Shown: positions 8,081 through 15,808 of the stretch, in pieces | Layout of the letters: the number at the start of each line of letters is the position of its first letter | How positions within the stretch are numbered: the stretch's first letter is position 1 | Source: Candidatus Heimdallarchaeota archaeon | Lineage (GTDB): Archaea > Asgardarchaeota > Heimdallarchaeia > Heimdallarchaeales > Heimdallarchaeaceae | Direction: 5' to 3' | DNA: 23,416 nt | Assembly (NCBI GenBank): GCA_030668875.1 | Contig: DAOVER010000045.1 | Span: 1 to 23,416 of the forward strand | Notes under the pieces: model-generated | What the model saw: the letters and a program-made list of their open reading frames with translations, nothing else | Database searches by the model: none | What the model was told of the DNA's origin: nothing | Program-made: the position numbers and the translations under genes

Positions 8081-9364
8081 GTGAGTCCTATTTCCACAAA
8101 GAAATGCCCTATTTGTTATTCTATACTACCTCACAAAGTTGTCTTTTGTCCAGTTTGTGGAACTGAACTTCAAACTAACATTGAAGAGGTTCCCATTGAA
8201 CCTGAAACAGCCATTGAACAAACTTATAATTATCCTACTACTAGACGTTTGTACGGGAATGAACCATTAGAGACATCTAATACTGATGGACCTAATCACT
8301 CTAGCGGAAATCAATTTGCATGGAAAGTTTCTGACTCTGTTCTACCAATTAAAACAAAGAGTCATACCAATTATTCCGAAATGTTTGATCCTCCAAAGAT
8401 TAATTTGCGTTTCATTAAAAGCCTTACTTTAATGGAAATTCTATTATTTTCGGTTTTAGGTCTATCATACACACTACTGTTAATATTTCAAATAGGTCTT
8501 TCAAGCTTATTGATATCTGCCTCTCTTACTTCTTCTTGGATCTACATTACAGTTCTTGTCGTGTCACTTATTCCATCTTCATTGTTACTGTATTTCCTTA
8601 ATCATAAAATAGCTAAAACCTTAACTAAACAAAACACTGAAAACTTGGAATTGCCAAAACGCCAGCTGTTTTCATTCCTTTTCGTGCAAGGAACCCACCT
8701 CTTATCAGTAGGATTAATAGCTGCTGGATTATTGGCCACACTACTGCCGTTAAGGTTTTCAATAGGTTCTATCGCTGTTATTTATATTTTCATAGTAGTT
8801 ACTGCTCTACTAGTTTCTATAATCTCTCCACCTTTTAGAATTGCTAAATTGTTCAATTTTGTAAGAGAATCAGGATCAATACAGAATTATCAAGATTCTT
8901 TTCAATTCCCGAAAATATGTGTGAAAAGATATGTACTAATTAGTGTTTTCTCTTATCTCATTCCCGCGGTTCTATTGGTTTTAGGTCTCCAACATTTTAT
9001 CAATATTTTATCATCAGTTTTTATTCTAAACTATGGAATAAGTATTACCGGTTGGGATATATCTTTAGGAATTCTGCTATGGTTACTATTCACAGTCTCG
9101 ATACTCTTCTCTAGCATAGAAGATGTGAAAACAACTTCATTTTACGAGGCCTTATTACAGAAATTTGTTAATCCTCCATCTCTTAAATGGATAAATCAAG
9201 GCCATAATTCAAATGCTTCTGGTAGATCTGCAGAAATAGTTAATTTCAAAACTGATTCTTCACTGTCGTTCGATTCTAGAAAAGAACTATGTTCAACTTG
9301 CTCGGAGCATCTAGTAGAAGGAGCTGAATTTTGTACTCATTGTGGAAAAAAAATAGTGAGATAG
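8081..9364 (+). CDS. Polytopic membrane protein with double zinc ribbons at both termini
   Basis: N-terminal CPIC...CPVCG, C-terminal CSTC...CTHCG, about 6 long hydrophobic segments between them. Confidence 0.88.
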   Translation: MSPISTKKCPICYSILPHKVVFCPVCGTELQTNIEEVPIEPETAIEQTYNYPTTRRLYGNEPLETSNTDGPNHSSGNQFAWKVSDSVLPIKTKSHTNYSEMFDPPKINLRFIKSLTLMEILLFSVLGLSYTLLLIFQIGLSSLLISASLTSSWIYITVLVVSLIPSSLLLYFLNHKIAKTLTKQNTENLELPKRQLFSFLFVQGTHLLSVGLIAAGLLATLLPLRFSIGSIAVIYIFIVVTALLVSIISPPFRIAKLFNFVRESGSIQNYQDSFQFPKICVKRYVLISVFSYLIPAVLLVLGLQHFINILSSVFILNYGISITGWDISLGILLWLLFTVSILFSSIEDVKTTSFYEALLQKFVNPPSLKWINQGHNSNASGRSAEIVNFKTDSSLSFDSRKELCSTCSEHLVEGAEFCTHCGKKIVR

Positions 9365-9372
9365 AGAGAGAA

Positions 9373-10116
9373 TTACTTTAGTTTTTTGACAATTTGTTTC
9401 AATATTGTTTGTACAGTACTCAACTTGTCTTCAAGTTTTTCCATTCTTTCTACTAATTCGTCAAATTCATCACGAGAAACAGTTTCCGTACTCGCTGGAG
9501 TTTCTGTTATCTGTTTTGTTCCCATTGCTTCTTTAACATCAATAATTCCATCTGTTTCTTCTGGTGCTAAAGCATCTTGAACATTATTTGCTAATAGCAA
9601 TCTGTAAGCAAGAAAATCAAATGTCTCTTTTATATTTTGACCAGTTAAAGCGCTTGTTTCACAATAGAAAAACCTAATTCCGGTTTCGATTTCCAAGCGG
9701 TTACAAAATTCAAGAGCCATATCTCGTGAAACTCTTCTGCTTTCTTCAAGATCGACTTTATTGGCTATCACAAAGTAGGATAAGATACCATTATCCGACC
9801 CTTCTATTGCTTCTTCAATCCAGGTAGAAAGATTAGTCATAGATTTAGCATCTTGACAATCGAAGACCATAATTGCAGCAGTTGCACCTTTGTAGAAAGT
9901 TTTCCGAACAGCTTGATAACTGTCTTGACCTGCTAAATCCCATATTTGGTATGTTATATGATTTTCATTAGTTTCGACTTTTTTTGTAGCGAAATCAGCT
10001 CCTATGGTTTTAAGATAACTAGATTGGAATCCTTTTCCCATGTATCTCTCTCTGATAGAAGTTTTACCTACTGCTCCATCACCAGCTAAAATGAGTTTGA
10101 AGTTCCATTTTTTCAT
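9373..10116 (-). CDS. Rab-like small GTPase (Ras superfamily) with C-terminal linker and coiled coil
   Basis: G1 GDGAVGKTS, G2 YLKTIGADF, G3 WDLAGQ, G4 NKVD, G5 ETSA; RabF-like motifs IGADF, YQIW, FYKGA, MVFD. Confidence 0.95.
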   Translation of the reverse strand: MKKWNFKLILAGDGAVGKTSIRERYMGKGFQSSYLKTIGADFATKKVETNENHITYQIWDLAGQDSYQAVRKTFYKGATAAIMVFDCQDAKSMTNLSTWIEEAIEGSDNGILSYFVIANKVDLEESRRVSRDMALEFCNRLEIETGIRFFYCETSALTGQNIKETFDFLAYRLLLANNVQDALAPEETDGIIDVKEAMGTKQITETPASTETVSRDEFDELVERMEKLEDKLSTVQTILKQIVKKLK

Positions 10117-10128
10117 GATGATACCCCT

Positions 10129-10818
10129 CTAATTATCTTTGTAGCTAGCTAACTCTTCATCTAATTCATCGATGCGAGCTTGACTTTCCAATAGTTTTTT
10201 CTGGAATGTTTCACCAACTTCTGTTTGAGTTTTCTCAAAATGCTCCTTGGCTTCTTCTAGCTCTTTTTTCATCTTGTCTCTCTCTTCCTTTGCTTTCTTA
10301 ATCTCTTCACTCTCTCGTGCCTCTTGAACAGCTTTTGCCATTAGTTCATCAACACTCCCAGAGGAAATATCATATTTAGACGAAACAAGCATTTTTAGAC
10401 TTTCCAATTCTTCTGCACTAATTATCGGTCTGTTAGCTGTCATATCGCTTATTTTTTCTGCTAATGCTTTCTTCTCAATTAATAAATCAGCAACTTGAGC
10501 TTTTAATTTCCTATTTTCATCTGATAATTCAGATGAGTTGCTCAATTCAATGTCGAGTGATCGTCGAAGATGGTCAAGATCATCTGTTCCTTCTCCGAAT
10601 TTATTAACATATTTTACAATCATGGTCGTATATTCTCTAACAATTGGATGCAAGAGATCCCAGTATTCGATTAATTCTCTTTCAACATCCTTCAACCTTG
10701 AATCCTTTGTATCTGGAGGTAGTTTAACAAATACAGGATTGTCTACATTGAATGATGGTAAATAGTCTGGAACATAATTGAAAATTGTTTCTCCTTTATG
10801 CTTTTTTGGCTTTGACAT
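10129..10818 (-). CDS. Hypothetical coiled-coil protein
   Basis: Open frame with E/K-rich heptads over the C-terminal two thirds. Start uncertain: ATG 10818 (MSKPKK) or 10830; the ORF track extends to 10878. Confidence 0.85.
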   Translation of the reverse strand: MSKPKKHKGETIFNYVPDYLPSFNVDNPVFVKLPPDTKDSRLKDVERELIEYWDLLHPIVREYTTMIVKYVNKFGEGTDDLDHLRRSLDIELSNSSELSDENRKLKAQVADLLIEKKALAEKISDMTANRPIISAEELESLKMLVSSKYDISSGSVDELMAKAVQEARESEEIKKAKEERDKMKKELEEAKEHFEKTQTEVGETFQKKLLESQARIDELDEELASYKDN

Positions 10819-10886
10819 AGAATAACCCATGTAAGTTAAATTGTTCGCCAAAATAAACATTACTAAACTGATAAACAAAAAAAAAC

Positions 10887-11183
10887 TTATGATTCTGCTC
10901 TTGATTTCGCTTTACCTTCTTGCTGAAGCAGCGTTTTGTCTAGTTGTAGAAAGCCTTTGAGGATTTCTCTATCGAAAATGATCTCACCAAAATTACAATA
11001 ATTGTCAATTAGTTTTCTAATAGTTTTGTCACTTATACCTTTATCAGTGAATTTACCTATTAAGAAATTCTTAATAGATCCTCGTTTTTTCTTCTTTTTT
11101 CTGGAATGCCATGTGAATTTTGCTCTAAAAATGATTCCATGATAAAGTGTGATTAATGGATTAAATATCGTCATTATACCCAA
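10887..11183 (-). CDS. Small basic hypothetical protein
   Basis: TTG start with GAGGTG 5 nt upstream; co-oriented with small gaps in a four-gene run; shares a helix-G-helix motif with the upstream gene. Confidence 0.7.
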   Translation of the reverse strand: MGIMTIFNPLITLYHGIIFRAKFTWHSRKKKKKRGSIKNFLIGKFTDKGISDKTIRKLIDNYCNFGEIIFDREILKGFLQLDKTLLQQEGKAKSRAES

Positions 11184-11202
11184 AGTTGCACCTCAGAATG
11201 TG

Positions 11203-11550
11203 TTATTTATTTTCATTCTTCTTTAACATTGAAGCAAACCGATCTAAATTGGCTGAATATTCACAGATGATTTTTTCTGCTGTAGTTTTGGTAATTCCTT
11301 CTTCCAATAATTTCTTGTAAATTGTTACAATAGCATCTGCAAAACTGTCAGCTAAATCAACATCATAAATTGCATTTAGAAATTGTTCAACAAGAGTGCC
11401 AACTTCTGCTGAGAGAACTTTAACAATTTCTTTTGTCTGTGAAAAATCTTTTATAGATTTTTTATGTTTTTCTCCCTTTTTATCATTAATATTCTTCTTA
11501 CTCTTCTTGTTAACATAGTTGTTGCTAGCCACCAAATCACCACGTTTCAT
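11203..11550 (-). CDS. Small helical hypothetical protein
   Basis: ATG start directly below a BRE-TATA; C-terminal IYKKLLEEGITKTTAEKIICEY helix-turn-helix-like segment. Confidence 0.8.
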   Translation of the reverse strand: MKRGDLVASNNYVNKKSKKNINDKKGEKHKKSIKDFSQTKEIVKVLSAEVGTLVEQFLNAIYDVDLADSFADAIVTIYKKLLEEGITKTTAEKIICEYSANLDRFASMLKKNENK

Positions 11551-11569
11551 TCTCTTCTCTCGTATAGAA

Positions 11570-11582
11570 TTTAAAATGTTTC
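11570..11582 (-). promoter_or_regulatory. Putative BRE-TATA promoter of the four-gene GTPase operon (likely leaderless)
   Basis: Minus strand GAAAC-ATTTTAAA, TATA 20-27 nt upstream of ATG 11550. Confidence 0.5.
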
Positions 11583-11651
11583 CCCTCTGGGCTATTGTTC
11601 ATAGATAGCACATTTTTGCAATAAAAAACTAGAATAGTTTAAGAAAAACAG

Positions 11652-12314
11652 CTATTTGCTAATTTCTTGAATGGGTTCACTTTTCTTTAGCTGAACGGAG
11701 ACATAAACGAATCTTTGAATTACAGTTATAACACAAAGACCTGTTAGTGCCATATAGCCAATTGAGAAACCAGTTATTTCAAAACCTAGACTTGCGATAG
11801 CAAGATTGCCAACTTGTTCTCTGAATGTAGGCACTAGAAGATAGACGAACATTAAAACCATTAAAACAAGCCATCTTTCAGCTCGCTCCATGATACCCAT
11901 AGCCATCTTCTTTACTCCAACACTTTCCCCTTTTGCTCTGATATAGCTGATCAGAAGGGAAGCTGTTACCATTATTATTCCTGTAACTAGATCAACTTGG
12001 CTGCTAAATATTATCCCTCCAAAAACGCATACATCACTTACTCGGTCAAAAATACTATCGAGGAAAGAACCTTGTTTGGATTCAAGTTTTCTGTATCTAG
12101 CCACTCCTCCATCTATGAAATCCATCGCTCCTCCAAACCATATAAGTATGAATGCTACTAGGAAATTATCTAAAGCTAGAAATACTCCCGTAGATATTGA
12201 CAATAGCAATCCAATTACAGTGTATACTGTTGGATGAAGACCTAATTTAGCAAAGAAAATGATTACTGGCTGAACTATTCGAGTTAATGGTTCACGGATT
12301 TGGGAAATTACCAT
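11652..12314 (-). CDS. pgsA: CDP-alcohol phosphatidyltransferase, archaetidylinositol-phosphate synthase / PgsA-like
   Basis: Family motif DFIDGGVAR...SKQGSFLDSIFDRVSD; SYIRAKGES...GIMERAER typical of the inositol-phosphate-using subgroup; multiple TM segments. Substrate not proven. Confidence 0.9.
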   Translation of the reverse strand: MVISQIREPLTRIVQPVIIFFAKLGLHPTVYTVIGLLLSISTGVFLALDNFLVAFILIWFGGAMDFIDGGVARYRKLESKQGSFLDSIFDRVSDVCVFGGIIFSSQVDLVTGIIMVTASLLISYIRAKGESVGVKKMAMGIMERAERWLVLMVLMFVYLLVPTFREQVGNLAIASLGFEITGFSIGYMALTGLCVITVIQRFVYVSVQLKKSEPIQEISK

Positions 12315-12339
12315 TGCAAGTCAAATTCCGCCTCCTCAC

Positions 12340-12352
12340 TTTTTAATGTTTC
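12340..12352 (-). promoter_or_regulatory. Putative BRE-TATA promoter for pgsA-like gene
   Basis: Minus strand GAAAC-ATTAAAAA, TATA 26-33 nt upstream of ATG 12314. Confidence 0.5.
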
Positions 12353-12491
12353 TGTAACCATTACTTACTATTTTTTTCTGCAGATTTTGTAAGATTGATA
12401 AGTTAAATCTTTTTCTTAGTTCCATCTGGAAAATTATTATAAAAGCAAACTTTTCAATCTGAATGAGTTTCCTAAAAATGCTTATATAGGT

Positions 12492-12863
12492 TCAGATTTT
12501 CAAAATTTCATTCATTTCTTCCATTTTAATAAGGAATATTCGCTTGTTGCCTCTCTTATTAGAGGAACTTACCATGTCATATGAATTTTGTGAAAATCTA
12601 TTTCCGATGATTATTGCCCCATCACAGTTCATATCTTCTAACTTGTGCTCTGTTCTTATGATAGTGTTGGTACCTATGCTTTTCTTCCAATGAAAGGCAA
12701 ACACTGCGAATTTTTGATCTTCATTTTCAACAATATATGGTAAAATTCTATTATTTTCATCTAAATTTACTTCACTTAATACCTTTACTTTACCATATCG
12801 ATCGAGAAACTTACCAACTTTCTCCTCAAACATTTTACTTTCCATCTTCTTCATTAAAGACAT
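12492..12863 (-). CDS. Stand-alone Mrr-like PD-(D/E)XK fold protein, catalytic residues apparently missing
   Basis: FEEKVGKFL helix, SIGTNTII, DGAIIIGNRFSQNS and RIFLIKMEEMNEIL follow the Mrr_cat pattern (FE..., vg...v, giivt...Ft..A, i.Lid..el). Confidence 0.6.
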   Translation of the reverse strand: MSLMKKMESKMFEEKVGKFLDRYGKVKVLSEVNLDENNRILPYIVENEDQKFAVFAFHWKKSIGTNTIIRTEHKLEDMNCDGAIIIGNRFSQNSYDMVSSSNKRGNKRIFLIKMEEMNEILKI

Positions 12864-12947
12864 TTTTGTCGGAATATTTGATTGTTGGTAACTCTAAAGT
12901 ATTACACTTTAAGAAAAAACAGAGAAATTCCCAAAAATGAAGAGAGT

Positions 12948-13265
12948 TTAACGCCTTCGCATCTTTAAAGTGTCGCTGTTCTCTTCTTCTTCCTCAGCAT
13001 CCTTTGTTGGTGCTGAGTGCTTATATGTTGTACGAGATGTAAAAAGAATAATCGCTAATCCCATAACACCTAAACCTGCAAAGAAACCATATTCTCCATA
13101 CTCAACCTCGATTAATGTGAACACTAGAATTAAGGTCATTCCAATTACGAAGAGTAGAATAATGATGCCTGTATATATTAATTTGAATTTCTTCCTATCA
13201 ACCATATCTGCTTTCTTCTTCGATTCATCTATTTTTTCAGGAATCTTCTTCTTCCTTAAACTCAT
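12948..13265 (-). CDS. Small two-TM membrane protein with charged termini
   Basis: Hydrophobic segments LIYTGIIILLFVIGMTLILVFTLI and YGFFAGLGVMGLAIILF; basic N-terminus, acidic then basic C-terminus. ATG 13265 or GTG 13274. Confidence 0.8.
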   Translation of the reverse strand: MSLRKKKIPEKIDESKKKADMVDRKKFKLIYTGIIILLFVIGMTLILVFTLIEVEYGEYGFFAGLGVMGLAIILFTSRTTYKHSAPTKDAEEEEENSDTLKMRRR

Positions 13266-13322
13266 ATTTTCCACAACTCTTTACAATTTAAGAATTTATT
13301 TATTTAATGAAAAGGAATGAAG

Positions 13323-13700
13323 TTAAAAAACATAAACAAATTCTGTTACTGGAGTACCACCGTTCATCATCCAGATAATTGTCCATACAGCAGTCATCGT
13401 TACGAAATATTGAAACATTGCTGATGTGAAATATGACCTGATTTTAATCCCTGGTTCTTTCTTTCTATATAGTAACGTCCAAGCTGAAGAGACCGTTAAG
13501 AAGATGAGAAGCATTGTTAATCCAGCTGGCCAATGTTCAAAGCGAGTAAATCCAAAAATTGTGCCGGCTAAGAAAGCTAAAACAACTTTTGACCAGTATA
13601 CCTTGTTCATTAAAGCCATATTCTTTATCTTTTCAAGAATATTCTTTGGTTTCAAACTATTTTTAACCTTATCTGTAAATTTTAATTTATCTGTGGACAA
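13323..13700 (-). CDS. EMC6/OPTI (Rab5-interacting protein family)-like three-TM protein
   Basis: VYWSKVVLAFLAGTIFG ... second TM ... FTSAMFQYFVTMTAVWTIIW matches the family layout (YW-x-R/K-x-x-a-hhh-G-hh-G; final F...W.h.y helix). Start ambiguous: TTG 13700 with GGTGA RBS, or ATG 13619/13610. Confidence 0.6.
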   Translation of the reverse strand: MSTDKLKFTDKVKNSLKPKNILEKIKNMALMNKVYWSKVVLAFLAGTIFGFTRFEHWPAGLTMLLIFLTVSSAWTLLYRKKEPGIKIRSYFTSAMFQYFVTMTAVWTIIWMMNGGTPVTEFVYVF

Positions 13701-13720
13701 TTCTAATCACCGTGATCGAC

Positions 13721-15736
13721 ATGAAAACTTCATTATCTAGTATTGACATATCTGCTTTAGTTTATGAGTTACAACCAAAGTTAATTGGAAGTTGGGTTAA
13801 TAATATATATTCAATATCGAAAAATCGAGTTATATTAAGATTTCGTAAGTCAACAGAAAGTCCTATGGAGCTTGTTATAGAGCTTGGGAAACGCTTTCAT
13901 CTTACGAAATATGTCAGAAAAAAGCCCGCATCACCCAATAACAAAATAATGACCTTAAGAAAGCATATTAGAGATCTACCTGTAAACAAATTTTACCAAA
14001 GGAAACTTGATCGTGTTATAGTTTTCGAGATTGCTTATAAAGATGGTTTCTACAAATTAGTCATTGAGTTGTTTGGGGATGGTAATTTCATTCTAGTCGG
14101 GCCAAATAATAAAATTATACTTGCTTATCATTATAGAAGGATGAAGGATCGTGACATTCATCCTGGAAAGTTCTACAAGTTTCCTCCTTCTCCTAACGAA
14201 AACATCACCACATTAACTCATGAGATGTTTGAAGAAAAAATTAAAACATCTGAAGGCAAAATTGTAAATTTTCTAAATGATATTCTTGGGCTAGGACCGC
14301 TATACTCAAAGGATGTTCTAACTAAATCAGGTGTTCAAACAAAAAACCTTGTAGATTTAGATGATGAATCCAAGGAATTGATTTACAATCAGGTTACTGT
14401 ATTAAAAGAACAGATTACTGGAAGAAACTATACTTACGCTAAGTATATCGATGAAGATGAAGTCGTTGATATTACTCCTGTAGATCTCTCAAAGCATAGG
14501 GATTTAGACAGAGTTGAGGTTGAATCATTCAATGATGAACTTGATGATTTCTTCTCAAATCAAGAAGAAGAGCCTGAGTATGTTGAAGATAAACAAGTAA
14601 CAACTGGGAAAATAACAAAATACCAGAAAACACTTCAGAGTCAGGAAAATCATTTAGGAAAACTGATACAGCAAGAAGAAGAAGAGAAACATAAAGGAGA
14701 TTTGTTCTATGCACATTTTGCTCTAATTGATGAGCTATTAACAACTATAGTTACTGCAAGACAGAATGATGTTCCTTGGGATAATATTATTGAGAAGCTA
14801 GAAGAAGCTCGAGATAAAGATATCCCATCAGCTGCAATTCTTGAGAAGATAGACCCCAAAACTAAACAATTATGGTTAAACCTCCTTAATGAGAAAACAG
14901 GAGAAAAAGAAATTATTGAACTAGATTTTACATTAACCTTGGTGGAAAGTGCTAATCTATTTTATGAGAAATCAAAGAAGGCTAGAAGAAAAATCCCTGG
15001 AGCTAACGCGGCAATCGCAAGATCAAAGAAACTGATTGAAGATGTAGAATCTACTAAAGAGGAAATCATTGAGAAAGTAGAATCAACGCCTATGGTAATT
15101 AAAAGAAAGAAGCGATGGTATGAGAAATTTCATTGGTTCTTATGTGGTGATAATCTAATAATAGGTGGTACAGACGCTAATTCTAATGAGAAAATACTAA
15201 AAACCTATCTCGATGATAATGATTATTTCTTCCATGCAGACGTTCATGGTGCTCCATATGTTGTAGCAAAAGATGGTGTGTCTAATCTTTCAGAAGAAGA
15301 TTTTCAAGAAATAGCTGTATTCGCTTTAAGTTACTCTAGTTTGTGGAAGGCTAATAAACTTGTAGGGGATGTTTATCGAGTTCTTCCTGATCAGGTTAGT
15401 CTTACTCCTCCATCTGGGCAGTTCTTAGCTAAAGGTAGCGTTATGATATATGGTGAGAAACATTATTTCAAGAATATTGAAATCAACCATGCAGTTGGAC
15501 TAATAATTTTTGAGAACTATGCTCAGATTATAGGCGGACCAGTAAACAGCGTTGATCAAAGAACAAATATGTATGTTGAAATCAAACCCGGAGATGTCCC
15601 CAAAGGTAAGATAGCAAATCAGATTAAAGCAAAACTATCAAAACAGTGTCCTTCTGAGGAGCTTTACAAATTAGCTGCGTTAACCATCAACGATTTATTA
15701 CCATTCATACCGGGTGATGCAGAGATTATTGAATAA
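13721..15736 (+). CDS. rqc2: Archaeal Rqc2/NEMF/RqcH (NFACT family) ribosome-quality-control protein
   Basis: NFACT-N start LSSIDISALVYEL, LDRVI (conserved DR), IELFGDGNFILV, LGLGPLYSKD H2TH, coiled coils, ANLFYEKSKK, WYEKFHWF, FFHADVHGAP (NFACT-R), GQFLAKGSVMIYG. ATG 13721 preferred to GTG 13712. Confidence 0.95.
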   Translation: MKTSLSSIDISALVYELQPKLIGSWVNNIYSISKNRVILRFRKSTESPMELVIELGKRFHLTKYVRKKPASPNNKIMTLRKHIRDLPVNKFYQRKLDRVIVFEIAYKDGFYKLVIELFGDGNFILVGPNNKIILAYHYRRMKDRDIHPGKFYKFPPSPNENITTLTHEMFEEKIKTSEGKIVNFLNDILGLGPLYSKDVLTKSGVQTKNLVDLDDESKELIYNQVTVLKEQITGRNYTYAKYIDEDEVVDITPVDLSKHRDLDRVEVESFNDELDDFFSNQEEEPEYVEDKQVTTGKITKYQKTLQSQENHLGKLIQQEEEEKHKGDLFYAHFALIDELLTTIVTARQNDVPWDNIIEKLEEARDKDIPSAAILEKIDPKTKQLWLNLLNEKTGEKEIIELDFTLTLVESANLFYEKSKKARRKIPGANAAIARSKKLIEDVESTKEEIIEKVESTPMVIKRKKRWYEKFHWFLCGDNLIIGGTDANSNEKILKTYLDDNDYFFHADVHGAPYVVAKDGVSNLSEEDFQEIAVFALSYSSLWKANKLVGDVYRVLPDQVSLTPPSGQFLAKGSVMIYGEKHYFKNIEINHAVGLIIFENYAQIIGGPVNSVDQRTNMYVEIKPGDVPKGKIANQIKAKLSKQCPSEELYKLAALTINDLLPFIPGDAEIIE

Positions 15737-15761
15737 ATATAGGAAAAAAAGCAGAAAATGT

Positions 15762-15775
15762 AAAACCTTTAAAGG
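15762..15775 (+). promoter_or_regulatory. Putative BRE-TATA promoter for CBS / Mut7-C / AMMECR1 genes
   Basis: AAAACC-TTTAAAGG, TATA 34-41 nt upstream of ATG 15809. Confidence 0.45.
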
Positions 15776-15808
15776 CACGAGAATCATCTATTGATATAAG
15801 CAACTAGG

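Noticed and set aside
10819-10878. Hydrophobic N-terminal extension MFISLVMFILANNLTY on the coiled-coil ORF, a possible membrane anchor
   Set aside because: The upstream start lies in a T-run only 8 bp from the previous stop with no clear RBS, and the stretch is short for a TM helix; a downstream ATG is more likely. Homologue alignment would settle it.
2126-12359. TTACAG/GGTTACAG motif in several intergenic regions (about 2129, 2225, 7917, 12352)
   Set aside because: Short motif with inconsistent position and strand; enrichment cannot be shown without a genome-wide count.
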